From a phage, in the NCBI GenBank assembly GCA_033759635.1, contig GCA_033759635.1_4528.1: a stretch of 64,000 bases of DNA; one strand, written 5' to 3'. This document shows, one piece after another, positions 17,920 through 27,347 of the stretch. How positions within the stretch are numbered: position 1 is the first letter of the stretch; each line of letters begins with the position of its first letter. The translations under genes and the position numbers were made by a program. The notes beneath the pieces were generated by a model. The model had not been told where the DNA came from and searched no databases. It worked only from the letters and a program-made list of their open reading frames with translations.

Positions 17920-18135
17920 ATGTATAAATTTCGTAAAGGTTTAGCTGATTTTCTTACAACTGTAACGTTCTTTTTGTTTATGGCAGTTGGAGCTATTTTT
18001 CTTATTCCTTTTACTGGTGTATTTTTCGTGATTAGTTTAATTTCTCCAGAAAAGGGCTTATCTTCTAATGAGTTCAATGAGCGTCTGGATAAAATTACTA
18101 ACAAACTGAATTCTGTTCTTGATAAAAAGGCTTAA
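17920..18135 (+). CDS. small membrane protein (71 aa)
   Basis: Hydrophobic core FLTTVTFFLFMAVGAIFLIPFTGVFFVISLI. Confidence 0.5.
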   Translation: MYKFRKGLADFLTTVTFFLFMAVGAIFLIPFTGVFFVISLISPEKGLSSNEFNERLDKITNKLNSVLDKKA

Positions 18136-18137
18136 TT

Positions 18138-18455
18138 ATGATTAGTTTTGAGCGGTATGTAGTAGAGAGTTGGAATGGGTTTGATATGTTCGGTAATGAC
18201 TATTATTTTTACGAATGTAATCTAAATCCTAGTTTTTGGGCTGGACGTGAACGAGATCTCGAAGAAATTAATGCTCGCGCCGAATTGTTAGGTGAACTGC
18301 CTACAGTTTATTTTACATTTGATGAATCCGGCTTCGTTATCCAGGTTTATTTTCCTGAAGAAAACTCTGGTGAGGATTCGGTTAATCCTCCTTATTGGGC
18401 TTACCAAGGAATTATTTCTCGTGGAACAAAACTCGAACTTAAAGAACAAGATTGA
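18138..18455 (+). CDS. hypothetical protein (105 aa)
   Basis: ORF track. Confidence 0.55.
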   Translation: MISFERYVVESWNGFDMFGNDYYFYECNLNPSFWAGRERDLEEINARAELLGELPTVYFTFDESGFVIQVYFPEENSGEDSVNPPYWAYQGIISRGTKLELKEQD

Positions 18456-18744
18456 AATTTATGGCATCCCTGAAGAAGTTGGACGTTGTCCAGGATGTTA
18501 TACTGTTACAAAACTTTTAAAGGAGCTCAATGCTCCTTATACATTTTATAAAGTCCTCACTAATAATGGTAAGATTGAATATGACCGTCCTTTAATCGTA
18601 TCTCTTGCTAAACGTGCAGGATTCACTTCACTTAATATTCGTTATCCTGTCATATTTTTAAATGATAAGAAACAAAAGAATATTGCAGAGTTTAAAAAGT
18701 CCTTGATTTCATTAGGATATGACTCTGATATCATAGAAGATTGA
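18421..18744 (+). CDS. glutaredoxin/NrdH-like redoxin
   Basis: IEIYGIPEEVGRCPGCY (CPGC) thioredoxin-fold motif; start uncertain (GTG 18421 assumed; no in-frame ATG before the motif). Confidence 0.45.
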   Translation: MEQNSNLKNKIEIYGIPEEVGRCPGCYTVTKLLKELNAPYTFYKVLTNNGKIEYDRPLIVSLAKRAGFTSLNIRYPVIFLNDKKQKNIAEFKKSLISLGYDSDIIED

Positions 18745-18767
18745 CCAGGTGCCGCCTGGTCTTCTTT
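18744..18767 (+). terminator. terminator-like hairpin
   Basis: accagg-tgccg-cctggt followed by a weak T-rich tract (cttcttt). Confidence 0.4.
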
Positions 18768-18852
18768 ATCTCATTTCTAATATAATCCATTGGAATCTTC
18801 ACTTCACTATCTCCTTGTGCCCCTCTCAAATCAAAAATATTTTCATAAAACA

Positions 18853-18909
18853 GTTTACATCCTCGATAGATATGTTAAGATTAAACCATCTGCTATAGAG
18901 GAAAACAAA
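18853..18909 (+). promoter_or_regulatory. early promoter-like element
   Basis: GTTTAC 18853-18858, 17-nt spacer, TAAGAT. Confidence 0.45.
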
Positions 18910-19092
18910 ATGACAATTGAAGATAAAGAAATTAAGGTTGACCAGTACTATTCTGTCAACGGTAATGCAGTACAGATAACCAGAGTTTCAAGCCTGGATG
19001 TTTGGTACCGTTCAATCAAATATCCGGAAATTGGTGAAATGCTTTGTGACCGTAGTATCTTCTGTTCAATTGCGAAGGAAATTAAGCCATGA
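18910..19092 (+). CDS. hypothetical protein (60 aa)
   Basis: Start refined to ATG 18910 after SD GAGGAAAA. Confidence 0.45.
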   Translation: MTIEDKEIKVDQYYSVNGNAVQITRVSSLDVWYRSIKYPEIGEMLCDRSIFCSIAKEIKP

Positions 19093-19337
19093 TTAGTTTA
19101 GATTCAAAGAAGGTTGTTCTAACCCTTAAAGTTAATGATGAGCATCCGGTATTCATTACCATTTCTGATTTGCATGTTGAAATTGCTAATGACGTTCGTA
19201 CTTATCAAGCAAATAAAACTCAATGGGACTATATCCCAATGTTGACGCTTACTCAGCGTTTAGAATCAATCGGACTTAAAGACCTTTCAGTAAGTGAAGT
19301 GAATTTTATCAAACGCATTGTATCAATCAACCTCTGA
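19089..19337 (+). CDS. hypothetical protein (82 aa)
   Basis: ORF track; ATGA overlap. Confidence 0.5.
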   Translation: MISLDSKKVVLTLKVNDEHPVFITISDLHVEIANDVRTYQANKTQWDYIPMLTLTQRLESIGLKDLSVSEVNFIKRIVSINL

Positions 19338-19344
19338 GGTACTT

Positions 19345-19638
19345 ATGGGTAAAACATATCGTCGTAAAGATTTGAAAGTTCGCGATTACGACTATTTTGG
19401 TAAGCGTAAAGCTCCTGATGGTGTTAGCCACAAAGACATGGTTGAAAACATCTTCCGCTCAGATAAATGGAAACGTATGAAAGGCGTTGATTCTGAAGTC
19501 AAGAATGAAATGAATCGACAACTCCGCAAAGAAGTTCGTAAGTTGAAAAAAGATGTTTACAGTAAAGAAGATTATGATTATAATACTTCTCATACTGAAG
19601 CCAAACGTAAAGCTAACGAATGTTATCGTTACAGTTGA
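19345..19638 (+). CDS. hypothetical basic protein (97 aa)
   Basis: Start refined to ATG 19345 after SD GAGGT. Confidence 0.5.
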   Translation: MGKTYRRKDLKVRDYDYFGKRKAPDGVSHKDMVENIFRSDKWKRMKGVDSEVKNEMNRQLRKEVRKLKKDVYSKEDYDYNTSHTEAKRKANECYRYS

Positions 19639-19645
19639 GGAAATT

Positions 19646-19780
19646 ATGAATATCAAACGAATGCTTTTTAAGCAGGGATTATATACTTTAAATGTTAATC
19701 CAAAGGGTGATACAACTAAATGGTCTGTAAATGACTGGATTAAGTTCATCGATGAAAATGGGGCATGGAACACAAAATGA
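19646..19780 (+). CDS. small ORF (44 aa)
   Basis: ATG 19646 after SD GAGGAAA. Confidence 0.35.
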   Translation: MNIKRMLFKQGLYTLNVNPKGDTTKWSVNDWIKFIDENGAWNTK

Positions 19781-19977
19781 ATCCTGAAAATATTGTGTCA
19801 TGGCAACTTCGTGAAGAACGTGCAGAATTCTTTGCCAATATGAAACTCAACGGTGTTGAGGATGAAGACTTTTTACGCTGGTTCTGGATTTACAAATACA
19901 AAGAATGCCAACATGCTGTGCTATTGACTTGCGCAATTATGTACGAAGGCTGGAAAGGCGCTAAAAAGTTCGGTTAA
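19777..19977 (+). CDS. hypothetical protein (66 aa)
   Basis: ATG 19777 overlapping upstream stop. Confidence 0.45.
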   Translation: MNPENIVSWQLREERAEFFANMKLNGVEDEDFLRWFWIYKYKECQHAVLLTCAIMYEGWKGAKKFG

Positions 19978-19979
19978 TA

Positions 19980-20032
19980 GTTTATGATGGTAGGAAGATA
20001 ACACTTCTTCCTACCAATTTGAGGAGAATATC
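19980..20032 (+). promoter_or_regulatory. stem-loop cassette upstream of 20033 gene
   Basis: GTTTAT 19980-19985; 10-bp IR ggtaggaaga (19989-19998) / tcttcctacc (20006-20015); SD GAGGAGAA. Confidence 0.45.
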
Positions 20033-20272
20033 ATGGAACAAGAATTAGACATTATTACATCGAAAAAACGTCTTGAAGTTGTAGTGAATGGCTCAACTAT
20101 TAAGTTTGTATATGACACTTTAACTGATGCTATTACCGTTAGTTGTGGTGGAAAGGCTTTTAGTCTAGATTCTACTGAAAACAAATACCCGTTCTATAAA
20201 GGTATCTTTGATATGGGTGTTGATATCAGTGTTCGTCAAGCAAACTATTTACATTATCTTATCACTAAATAA
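20033..20272 (+). CDS. hypothetical protein (79 aa)
   Basis: ORF track; SD GAGGAGAA. Confidence 0.5.
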   Translation: MEQELDIITSKKRLEVVVNGSTIKFVYDTLTDAITVSCGGKAFSLDSTENKYPFYKGIFDMGVDISVRQANYLHYLITK

Positions 20273-20338
20273 CGCACAAACTCTTGAGAGCAGAGTATAA
20301 TGTTCTCATTGGATAATAAAATAACCGAGGAAAATAAT

Positions 20339-20671
20339 ATGTCTACTAAAATCAAAAACGTAGTGAACTCTTTCGCTTTCGATAAAGTTGTTAGTCTTCT
20401 AGAAAAAGGTGGTATTGTTACTCCTCAAGTTCTTGACGCGTGGGAATTCCGTCTTTATGAAATCATGCAAAAACACGACCAGAAAATTGGACGTAATTCT
20501 ATTCGTGAAATTCTAGTACAATATATTCTTTCTGAATTTGACGTTGCTGCATTTGGTGTTGAATCTAAAGCTTATCAGAAACATGAAATCTCTGAAAAGA
20601 CTATCCGTCGTATGAAAAATCAACGTAAGAAAAAATTCGTTGACCTGAAAATTGTTAAGGCGGTAAAATGA
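20339..20671 (+). CDS. hypothetical protein (110 aa)
   Basis: Start refined to ATG 20339 after SD GAGGAAAA. Confidence 0.5.
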   Translation: MSTKIKNVVNSFAFDKVVSLLEKGGIVTPQVLDAWEFRLYEIMQKHDQKIGRNSIREILVQYILSEFDVAAFGVESKAYQKHEISEKTIRRMKNQRKKKFVDLKIVKAVK

Positions 20672-20895
20672 GCGTATTAACAGAAACTTTGATTAATGAC
20701 CTGCGTCTAGCTGGTTACGAAGTTGGTACAAATAGCCTAGGTCTTCCTCAGATTGAAGGGTCTGGATTTATCCTAGAATATGAATTCAAACAATGGTGGT
20801 TATATGCTACGGTTGACGATGCGTTGAATATCGATTTCGTTGACCAATTTGATTCGCTGGATGCTGCCTTATTTGCAGCAAAGGAAATAGAATGA
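20668..20895 (+). CDS. hypothetical acidic protein (75 aa)
   Basis: ORF track; ATGA overlap. Confidence 0.5.
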   Translation: MSVLTETLINDLRLAGYEVGTNSLGLPQIEGSGFILEYEFKQWWLYATVDDALNIDFVDQFDSLDAALFAAKEIE

Positions 20896-20985
20896 AACTA
20901 TCTCGAATCGCTATAACCGAAGAAAAGTTTGGTGAATTTTAAGTCGACAACTTTATAAAAGTTATGTATCTTTGATAGTATCTCG

Positions 20986-21050
20986 TGCTTTAAGATAGGT
21001 CTCTAAATATTATGATATAATAGACCTATGAATTGAGCCAAGAGGTACTT
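20986..21050 (+). promoter_or_regulatory. promoter region of gene 55 (MotA-box-like plus TATAAT)
   Basis: TGCTTTA 20986-20992; TATAAT 21016-21021; IR aggtct (20997-21002) / agacct (21022-21027); SD AAGAGGT. Confidence 0.5.
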
Positions 21051-21608
21051 ATGACTGAACAAAAACCTAAAAATAACTATGTGAATAATAAAGAGCTTCT
21101 CGCCGCTATAATCGAGTGGAAAAAGGAGCTCTTAAATAATAAAGACCCAAACAAAATTATTCGTCAGAATGATACCATCGGTTTAGCAATTATGCTTATC
21201 GCCGAAGGCCTGTCTAAACGTTTCAACTTTTCAGGATATACCCAGTCTTGGAAGCAGGAGATGATTGCAGATGGGATTGAAGCCTCTATTAAGGGACTTC
21301 ATAATTTCGACGAAACTAAGTACAATAACCCACATGCATACATAACTCGAGCTTGTTTTAATGCTTTTGTCCAACGTATCAAAAAAGAACGTAAGGAAGT
21401 TGCAAAGAAATATAGTTACTTCGTTCATAATGTCTACGACAGTCATGACGATGATATGGTAGCGTTGGTAGATGAAACGTTTATTCAAGACATCTACGAT
21501 AAAATGACGCATTATGAAGAATCCGCTTATAAAGCTCCTGGGGCTGAAAAGAAGGAAGTTGTTAGCGATTCGCCTAGTTTGGATTTTTTATATGAGGATG
21601 ACAATTGA
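21051..21608 (+). CDS. 55: late-transcription sigma factor gp55
   Basis: 185 aa from ATG 21051; long identical blocks to recalled T4 gp55 ([52 protein letters not shown]). Confidence 0.9.
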   Translation: MTEQKPKNNYVNNKELLAAIIEWKKELLNNKDPNKIIRQNDTIGLAIMLIAEGLSKRFNFSGYTQSWKQEMIADGIEASIKGLHNFDETKYNNPHAYITRACFNAFVQRIKKERKEVAKKYSYFVHNVYDSHDDDMVALVDETFIQDIYDKMTHYEESAYKAPGAEKKEVVSDSPSLDFLYEDDN

Positions 21609-21807
21609 TATCTCTAACTACTTAGAAGAACCTTTTGACGAAGCAATCCCTTATTTGGTAAAACTGTTGGGTCGAGAATTTAAAATTAATTTTGACATCG
21701 ACCCTTTGAACCCACATGACGTGTCATTTTCGATAAATGGGACTCCAGTTGAGTACGAGTTCTGTATTGAAGAGGATGGACGTTTTTATTTTAATTTAAT
21801 GAGATAA
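21592..21807 (+). CDS. hypothetical protein (about 70 aa; start uncertain)
   Basis: Frame of track ORF 21514..21807; first ATGs at 21592 and 21598 overlap the end of gene 55. Confidence 0.4.
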   Translation: MRMTIDISNYLEEPFDEAIPYLVKLLGREFKINFDIDPLNPHDVSFSINGTPVEYEFCIEEDGRFYFNLMR

Positions 21808-21808
21808 T

Positions 21809-22132
21809 ATGACTACCGAGATTATTGAAAATAAAGAAGCAGAAGATGCAGTAGCTAAAATGCTACAAGAAATCCAAAAGAAAAATGAAGCTGAAGCACG
21901 TAAAAAATCCGAAAAGATTCTTAAAAAGAATCGTTTTGAACTAAACCGTCTTTATGCACATGCTCAAGAAGCAGCAATTCAAAACAACTTCGAAGCTTAC
22001 GAATATGCTATTAAGAAATCTCGGGATATTCTACGACAACCATACAATGACAAGTTAATTAAAATCCAGTGGGTTACTACTCGTCAGGCTATTGAGGACA
22101 TCATTAATGGCGCTAGTTCAAACAAAGTTTAA
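21809..22132 (+). CDS. hypothetical protein (107 aa)
   Basis: ORF track. Confidence 0.5.
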   Translation: MTTEIIENKEAEDAVAKMLQEIQKKNEAEARKKSEKILKKNRFELNRLYAHAQEAAIQNNFEAYEYAIKKSRDILRQPYNDKLIKIQWVTTRQAIEDIINGASSNKV

Positions 22133-22313
22133 ACGTCTGAAGCTGAACGCAGGGTTCTCCCTTAAATTGGGAGGTCCTCTTTGTGTTAAAATTTCTGAAA
22201 AGGAATATCACGACGGTTCTATTACAGAAATTTGTCCGCCTATTGTAAAGGCAGACCCAAAACAACTCGTGTGGGTCGATTCATTTCAAGTTAAGAAATG
22301 GTGGAAACGATGA
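22107..22313 (+). CDS. hypothetical protein (68 aa)
   Basis: Start refined to ATG 22107. Confidence 0.45.
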   Translation: MALVQTKFKRLKLNAGFSLKLGGPLCVKISEKEYHDGSITEICPPIVKADPKQLVWVDSFQVKKWWKR

Positions 22314-22352
22314 TAGAAATTGATTTAGGCATTTTCTGAGAGGTGCTTATGC

Positions 22353-22526
22353 ATGACGAACATCCCGACTTCTGAAAATTTCGATAAAATCCGTAAAGGC
22401 AAAGCAGAAAGAATGAGACGTTTTAAAGAGACTTATGATAAAGCTAAAGCCGAAGGAACTATTACGTACAAGCCAATTCGATTTAAAAGTTCAAATGAGC
22501 CTCTGTACGGTGTACTATGTGGATAG
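22353..22526 (+). CDS. small basic ORF (57 aa)
   Basis: Not in track; SD GAGAGGTG then ATG 22353; read codon by codon to TAG 22524-22526; followed by strong terminator. Confidence 0.45.
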   Translation: MTNIPTSENFDKIRKGKAERMRRFKETYDKAKAEGTITYKPIRFKSSNEPLYGVLCG

Positions 22527-22550
22527 GAACTCTTCGGAGTTCCTTTTTTG
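22527..22550 (+). terminator. intrinsic terminator
   Basis: GGAACTC-TTCG-GAGTTCC followed by TTTTTT. Confidence 0.75.
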
Positions 22551-22572
22551 CTTTATAAACGGATGATAGAAT
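22549..22572 (+). promoter_or_regulatory. candidate middle promoter upstream of gene 47
   Basis: MotA box TGCTTTA 22549-22555, 11-nt spacer, TAGAAT 22567-22572. Confidence 0.55.
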
Positions 22573-22595
22573 GAATTAACTAATGAGGAAATAAT

Positions 22596-23615
22596 ATGAA
22601 AATTTTGCACTTAGGCGACTTCCATATCGGAGTCAAACAAGACGACCCATGGGTTCAAGATATTCAACGTGATGGTATTCGACAAGCAATTGAATACTCT
22701 AAGAAACACGGGATTAAAACTTGGATTCAGTACGGTGATTGGTTTGATGTCCGTAAAGCAATAACACATCGTACAATGGAATTCAATCGTGAAATCGTTG
22801 ATATGATTTCTAAAGCAGGCATTCACGTTCATGTCACGATAGGAAACCATGACATGGCGTTTAAGAATACAATAACACCTAACACTGTTTCTGAATTGTT
22901 AACTCAATTTGAAAACTTTACTATTTACGAACATCCAACTACTGTAGATTTTGACGGATGTCTGATTGATATCGTTCCATGGATGTGTGAAGAAAATACA
23001 GGTGAAATCTTAGAGCACATCAAGACTTCTTCTGCTGCGTATTGTGTTGGTCACTGGGAACTGAACGGCTTTTATTTCTATAAAGGAATGAAGTCTCATG
23101 GGCTTGAACCCGATTTCTTAAAGACATATAAACAAGTCTGGTCTGGCCACTTCCACACAATCTCTGAAGCTGCTAACGTCAAATATATTGGGACACCATG
23201 GACCCTTACTGCAGGTGACGAGAACGACCCACGTGGATTCTGGGTATTTGACACTGATGTTGAACGTATGGAATTTATTCCTAATGAAACAACATGGCAT
23301 CGACGAATCACTTATCCATTTAAAGGCAAAATCAATTATTCTGATTATACTAATCTAGCCGTACGTGTTATAGTATCAGAAATTGATTCAGAGTTGACTA
23401 AGTTTGAATCTGAACTTGAAAAAGTAGTTCACTCTCTTCGTATGGTTTCTAAAGTTGATAACAGTGTTGAATCTGATGACGACCAGGAAATCGAGATTAA
23501 ATCACTTCAAGATATCATTAAAGAATATATTGACGCGATTCCAGATATCTCAGACGAAGACAGAGAAGCGCTGGTCAAATATTCCAACGAACTTTATATT
23601 GAGGCAACACAATGA
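22596..23615 (+). CDS. 47: recombination endonuclease subunit gp47 (Mre11/SbcD-like)
   Basis: 339 aa; phosphoesterase motifs (LGD.H, GNHD, GHFH); strong match to recalled T4 gp47. Confidence 0.9.
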   Translation: MKILHLGDFHIGVKQDDPWVQDIQRDGIRQAIEYSKKHGIKTWIQYGDWFDVRKAITHRTMEFNREIVDMISKAGIHVHVTIGNHDMAFKNTITPNTVSELLTQFENFTIYEHPTTVDFDGCLIDIVPWMCEENTGEILEHIKTSSAAYCVGHWELNGFYFYKGMKSHGLEPDFLKTYKQVWSGHFHTISEAANVKYIGTPWTLTAGDENDPRGFWVFDTDVERMEFIPNETTWHRRITYPFKGKINYSDYTNLAVRVIVSEIDSELTKFESELEKVVHSLRMVSKVDNSVESDDDQEIEIKSLQDIIKEYIDAIPDISDEDREALVKYSNELYIEATQ

Positions 23616-23869
23616 CTTTAGATGAATTTAATAATGCTGGGCTCGGGCTTGAAGTTGAAATAGACGTTAAAGATGATGATGGATTCGAGAACACTATCAA
23701 GTATTGGATTGAGCCATTACGCGTTGAAGGCAATGAAGTTAAAGCCGTTCATGTCTGTACCGACTGGGCTATTGAATTTAGCTTTAATATAATGGACAAC
23801 GATACTCCTGGCTCTATTCTTAAAATGGCTGAAGCATGTATCAAGGATGCGTATAATGACGAAGACTGA
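23612..23869 (+). CDS. hypothetical protein (85 aa)
   Basis: ORF track; ATGA overlap with gene 47. Confidence 0.5.
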   Translation: MTLDEFNNAGLGLEVEIDVKDDDGFENTIKYWIEPLRVEGNEVKAVHVCTDWAIEFSFNIMDNDTPGSILKMAEACIKDAYNDED

Positions 23870-24095
23870 TTATGAAATCCATCGTCATGAATTTAGTATT
23901 GGTGACGGTTATATTGGTATCGTTGAATGGACTGAGAATTACGAGGAGACAACTCCTCGTTTCTTTGGAACAATGTATGTTACCTGTGAGTACGCACCGG
24001 GTGTTGTTATGTATGCAGAACTAGATGAATATTTTGCTGATAGAGATGACATGTTAAAATATGTAGAGGACTTCATTCGAAGAGAATACATATGA
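23856..24095 (+). CDS. hypothetical protein (79 aa)
   Basis: Start refined to ATG 23856. Confidence 0.5.
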   Translation: MTKTDYEIHRHEFSIGDGYIGIVEWTENYEETTPRFFGTMYVTCEYAPGVVMYAELDEYFADRDDMLKYVEDFIRREYI

Positions 24096-25780
24096 AATCA
24101 TTTAAATTAAATCGTGTTCGTTATCAAAACATCATGTCGGTAGGTGGGAATCCTATTGATATCCAATTAGATAAAGTCCAAAAGACATTAATCACCGGTA
24201 AAAATGGCGGTGGTAAATCTACGATGTTAGAAGCCATCACTTTCGGACTTTTCGGTAAACCATTTCGTGATGTTAAGAAAGGACAAATCATTAATAGCAC
24301 GAACAAGAAAGAGCTCTTAGTTGAGCTTTGGATGGAATTCGATGATAAAAAATACTTCATTAAACGTGGCCAAAAGCCCAATATTTTCGAAATCTCCGTT
24401 GACGGTGTTCGTCTTGATGAATCTGCCAGCAGTCGTGACTTCCAAGAAGAATTTGAACGTAGCATCGGAATGTCATACGCGTCTTTTAAACAGATCGTTG
24501 TGCTTGGGACGGCAGGGTATACCCCTTTCATGGCTCTTAGCACCCCTGCTCGCAGAAAACTTGTCGAAGACCTTTTAGAAGTTGGCACACTCGCTGAAAT
24601 GGATAAAATCAATAAGTCTCAAGTTCGAGAACTTAATTCCCAGGGACAAGTTCTCGATGCCAAGAAAGATGGTGTTATCCAACAAATTAAGATTTATAAT
24701 GAGAATATCGAACGTCAAAAGAAATTATCTGGTGATAATGTAGCGCGTCTACAGAATATGTATGACGACCTAGCCAAAGAAGCTCGTTCATTAAAATCAG
24801 AAATTGAAGAAGCTAACGAGCGTCTACTTAATATCGTTCTTGACGAAGACCCTACTGAGGCATTCAACAAGATAGGACAAGAAGCATTCTTGATTAAATC
24901 TAAAATTGACTCATATAACAAAGTTATTAAGATGTATCATGATGGCGGTACATGTCCTACTTGTGCATCACAGTTGCACCAGGGTGATCCTATTGTCTCT
25001 AAGATTACCGATAAGCTTCATGAATGTAATCACTCATTCGAGCAACTTACCTGTCACAGAGATAATCTGAGTGTCCTAGTGGACGAATATAGAGCTAATG
25101 TTAAGACTAAGCAGGACCTTGCATCTGATATTCGTACCAAGAAACAAGCAATGATTGCCACTATTGATAAAGCTAAGAAAGTTAAAGCTGCAATAGAGCA
25201 AGCCTCGGCAGAATTTATCGACCATGCCGATGAGATAGCTTTGCTTCAAAAAGAACTTGATAAAATCATTAAAACAAAATCAGATATCGTTCTTGAAAAA
25301 TACCATCGTGGTATTATCACAGATATGTTAAAAGATTCTGGTATTAAAGGTGCTATCATTAAAAAATATGTGCCTCTGTTCAACAAGCAGATTAACCATT
25401 ATCTTAAAATCATGGAAGCTGATTACGTGTTTTCTATTGATGAAGAATTCAATGAATCTATAAAATCACGTGGCCGTGAAGAGTTCAGTTATGCTTCATT
25501 TAGTCAAGGTGAAAAGGCACGTATCGATATCGCATTGTTGTTTACATGGCGAGATATTGCTGAAAAAGTCTCTGGTGTTAGAATCAATACATTAATTATG
25601 GACGAAGTCATGGATTCCGCGACTGATTCTGAAGGTATTAAAGCTATTTCAACAATTCTTAACTCTCTAACCGATGCAAACGTGTTTATAATTAGTCACA
25701 GAGACCATGACCCACAAGCTTATGGACAACATCTTCAAATGAGCAAAGTTGGACGATTTACTGTGATGACTGTTTCATAA
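24092..25780 (+). CDS. 46: recombination endonuclease subunit gp46 (Rad50/SbcC-like ATPase)
   Basis: 562 aa; Walker A GKNGGGKST, central coiled coil with CPTC zinc hook, C-terminal LIMDEV Walker B. Confidence 0.9.
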   Translation: MKSFKLNRVRYQNIMSVGGNPIDIQLDKVQKTLITGKNGGGKSTMLEAITFGLFGKPFRDVKKGQIINSTNKKELLVELWMEFDDKKYFIKRGQKPNIFEISVDGVRLDESASSRDFQEEFERSIGMSYASFKQIVVLGTAGYTPFMALSTPARRKLVEDLLEVGTLAEMDKINKSQVRELNSQGQVLDAKKDGVIQQIKIYNENIERQKKLSGDNVARLQNMYDDLAKEARSLKSEIEEANERLLNIVLDEDPTEAFNKIGQEAFLIKSKIDSYNKVIKMYHDGGTCPTCASQLHQGDPIVSKITDKLHECNHSFEQLTCHRDNLSVLVDEYRANVKTKQDLASDIRTKKQAMIATIDKAKKVKAAIEQASAEFIDHADEIALLQKELDKIIKTKSDIVLEKYHRGIITDMLKDSGIKGAIIKKYVPLFNKQINHYLKIMEADYVFSIDEEFNESIKSRGREEFSYASFSQGEKARIDIALLFTWRDIAEKVSGVRINTLIMDEVMDSATDSEGIKAISTILNSLTDANVFIISHRDHDPQAYGQHLQMSKVGRFTVMTVS

Positions 25781-25782
25781 AC

Positions 25783-25834
25783 GCTTTAACACGATGTGGT
25801 TATAATGACCACATCAAATTAAATGGAGAACAAC
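25783..25834 (+). promoter_or_regulatory. candidate middle promoter with IR around -10
   Basis: cGCTTTA then TATAAT 25801-25806; IR gatgtggt (25793-25800) / accacatc (25808-25815). Confidence 0.4.
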
Positions 25835-26023
25835 ATGGAGTATTCAACCGGACAACATCTTCTCGTTGTCCCTGAAATTAAAAAATATGTTTTGACCAAT
25901 ACGTTTTCAGGTGAAGAACATATTGTTACTGAACAAATGCTCAAATCTGCTTTTAAAGATGAGTATAATAAAATAATGTCTAATCGCAATTCCGCATGGA
26001 CAGTTACTGACTTCTACGAATAA
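25835..26023 (+). CDS. hypothetical protein (62 aa)
   Basis: Start refined to ATG 25835 after SD GGAGAA. Confidence 0.5.
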   Translation: MEYSTGQHLLVVPEIKKYVLTNTFSGEEHIVTEQMLKSAFKDEYNKIMSNRNSAWTVTDFYE

Positions 26024-26035
26024 GAGAGAAATAAT

Positions 26036-26452
26036 ATGTTTACTACTGCTAAAGGTTTCACTGCTGCTGATCTGAAAGTTACTTCTATCCGTACTGACGC
26101 TAACCCGCATAACCATAATCGTGTTCGTAAAGCATGGGTCCTGCATTGTGATGACGCAAGTGCTAAAAAGCTTCAATCTTTGCCACAAGAAACTCGTTTT
26201 ATGATTTATGGTTTTATTGATAACGATGTATCTGATATGTGGATTCATCTGATGCGTAAGCACTATAAAGATTCTATTGAAGCCGGCGGGAAAATCGTTC
26301 TTGATAAAGACGGTTCTGAGCGTCTAGAAGATTTCTATTGTGTTGATGCCGACGAACAACTAATCGCAGCCGGCGAAATTGTTGCTTCTAAAATTCCAGA
26401 ATATATTGAATCACTGCCTGAAGCTATTAAAAAGCAGATGGTTGCTGCTTGA
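26036..26452 (+). CDS. hypothetical protein (138 aa; positional candidate for RpbA)
   Basis: ORF track; located between gene 46 and gene 45 as T4 rpbA; sequence identity not verified. Confidence 0.5.
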   Translation: MFTTAKGFTAADLKVTSIRTDANPHNHNRVRKAWVLHCDDASAKKLQSLPQETRFMIYGFIDNDVSDMWIHLMRKHYKDSIEAGGKIVLDKDGSERLEDFYCVDADEQLIAAGEIVASKIPEYIESLPEAIKKQMVAA

Positions 26453-26457
26453 TAATT

Positions 26458-27347
26458 ATGAATTTAATATATCTTATAACCTTTTATAATCGTGAGATTA
26501 AAAATGAATACCCTTGTTATTATATAGGTTCTAAAGTTTCGTGTCATTTTAATGGAAAGGATATTATTGAAGATTCTACCGGTAAAATATATACCGGTAG
26601 TGTTAATTCCTCGTATTCTCCTTTATATAACAGATTAATAGACCAAGGCGAATATTCTGTAAAATTTTAGGCGAAACCACATTAGACCCTAGAAGAATAG
26701 AAAGACTATTCCAACTCAATGTTAAAGCCGTTTCAAATGAAAAATATTTTAATAAGGCTTATGCTAACGAGAAGTCTAGAATATCAGCTAAAGGATATGC
26801 ACCGTATAAAAATTTAAAAACAGGCAAAATAGTAAAACTTTCTAAAAACGAAATAAACGAAGATTACGTCGGTGTTAGAAAAAATTGCAAATTGTCGGAG
26901 AATCATTTAAACGCAATTAGAGAATTTCAAAAAACATATTGGACCAAAGAACGAAGAGAGAAAGTTTCTATTCGTTCTAAAAAAATGTTTAGCGATAGAG
27001 ATTTTGCTTTAAAATTTAAAGATATAATGAATTCTCCTAATGTTAAAGATAAAATAAAAATATCTAAAACATTGTATTGGTCTAAACCTGAAAATAGAGC
27101 AAAGGCCTCTATCGCAGCTTCGAAAAGAAATGCAACCAAAGAATTTAAGGATAAATTCAGAAAATCTAAAGCTAGAGGTACATGGATATTTCATGAACAA
27201 AAATTAAAGGAATTGTGGATTGCTTTAGGAAAACCAAGTTATATTACATTTAGAAAACATGCAATTCAGCATGGTTTTAATGATGAATCATACCAAGGTG
27301 CTATCCGGTCTTGGACAAATTATTATGCTAATAGGAAACCTAAATGA
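26458..27347 (+). pseudogene. GIY-YIG homing endonuclease-like gene (seg-like), reading frame disrupted
   Basis: N-terminal fragment (26458..26670) has IYLITF..YYIGS..YTGS motifs; a different frame is open from 26631 to 27347 and encodes a basic Lys-rich C-terminal region; the frames overlap without a single continuous ORF. Confidence 0.45.
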
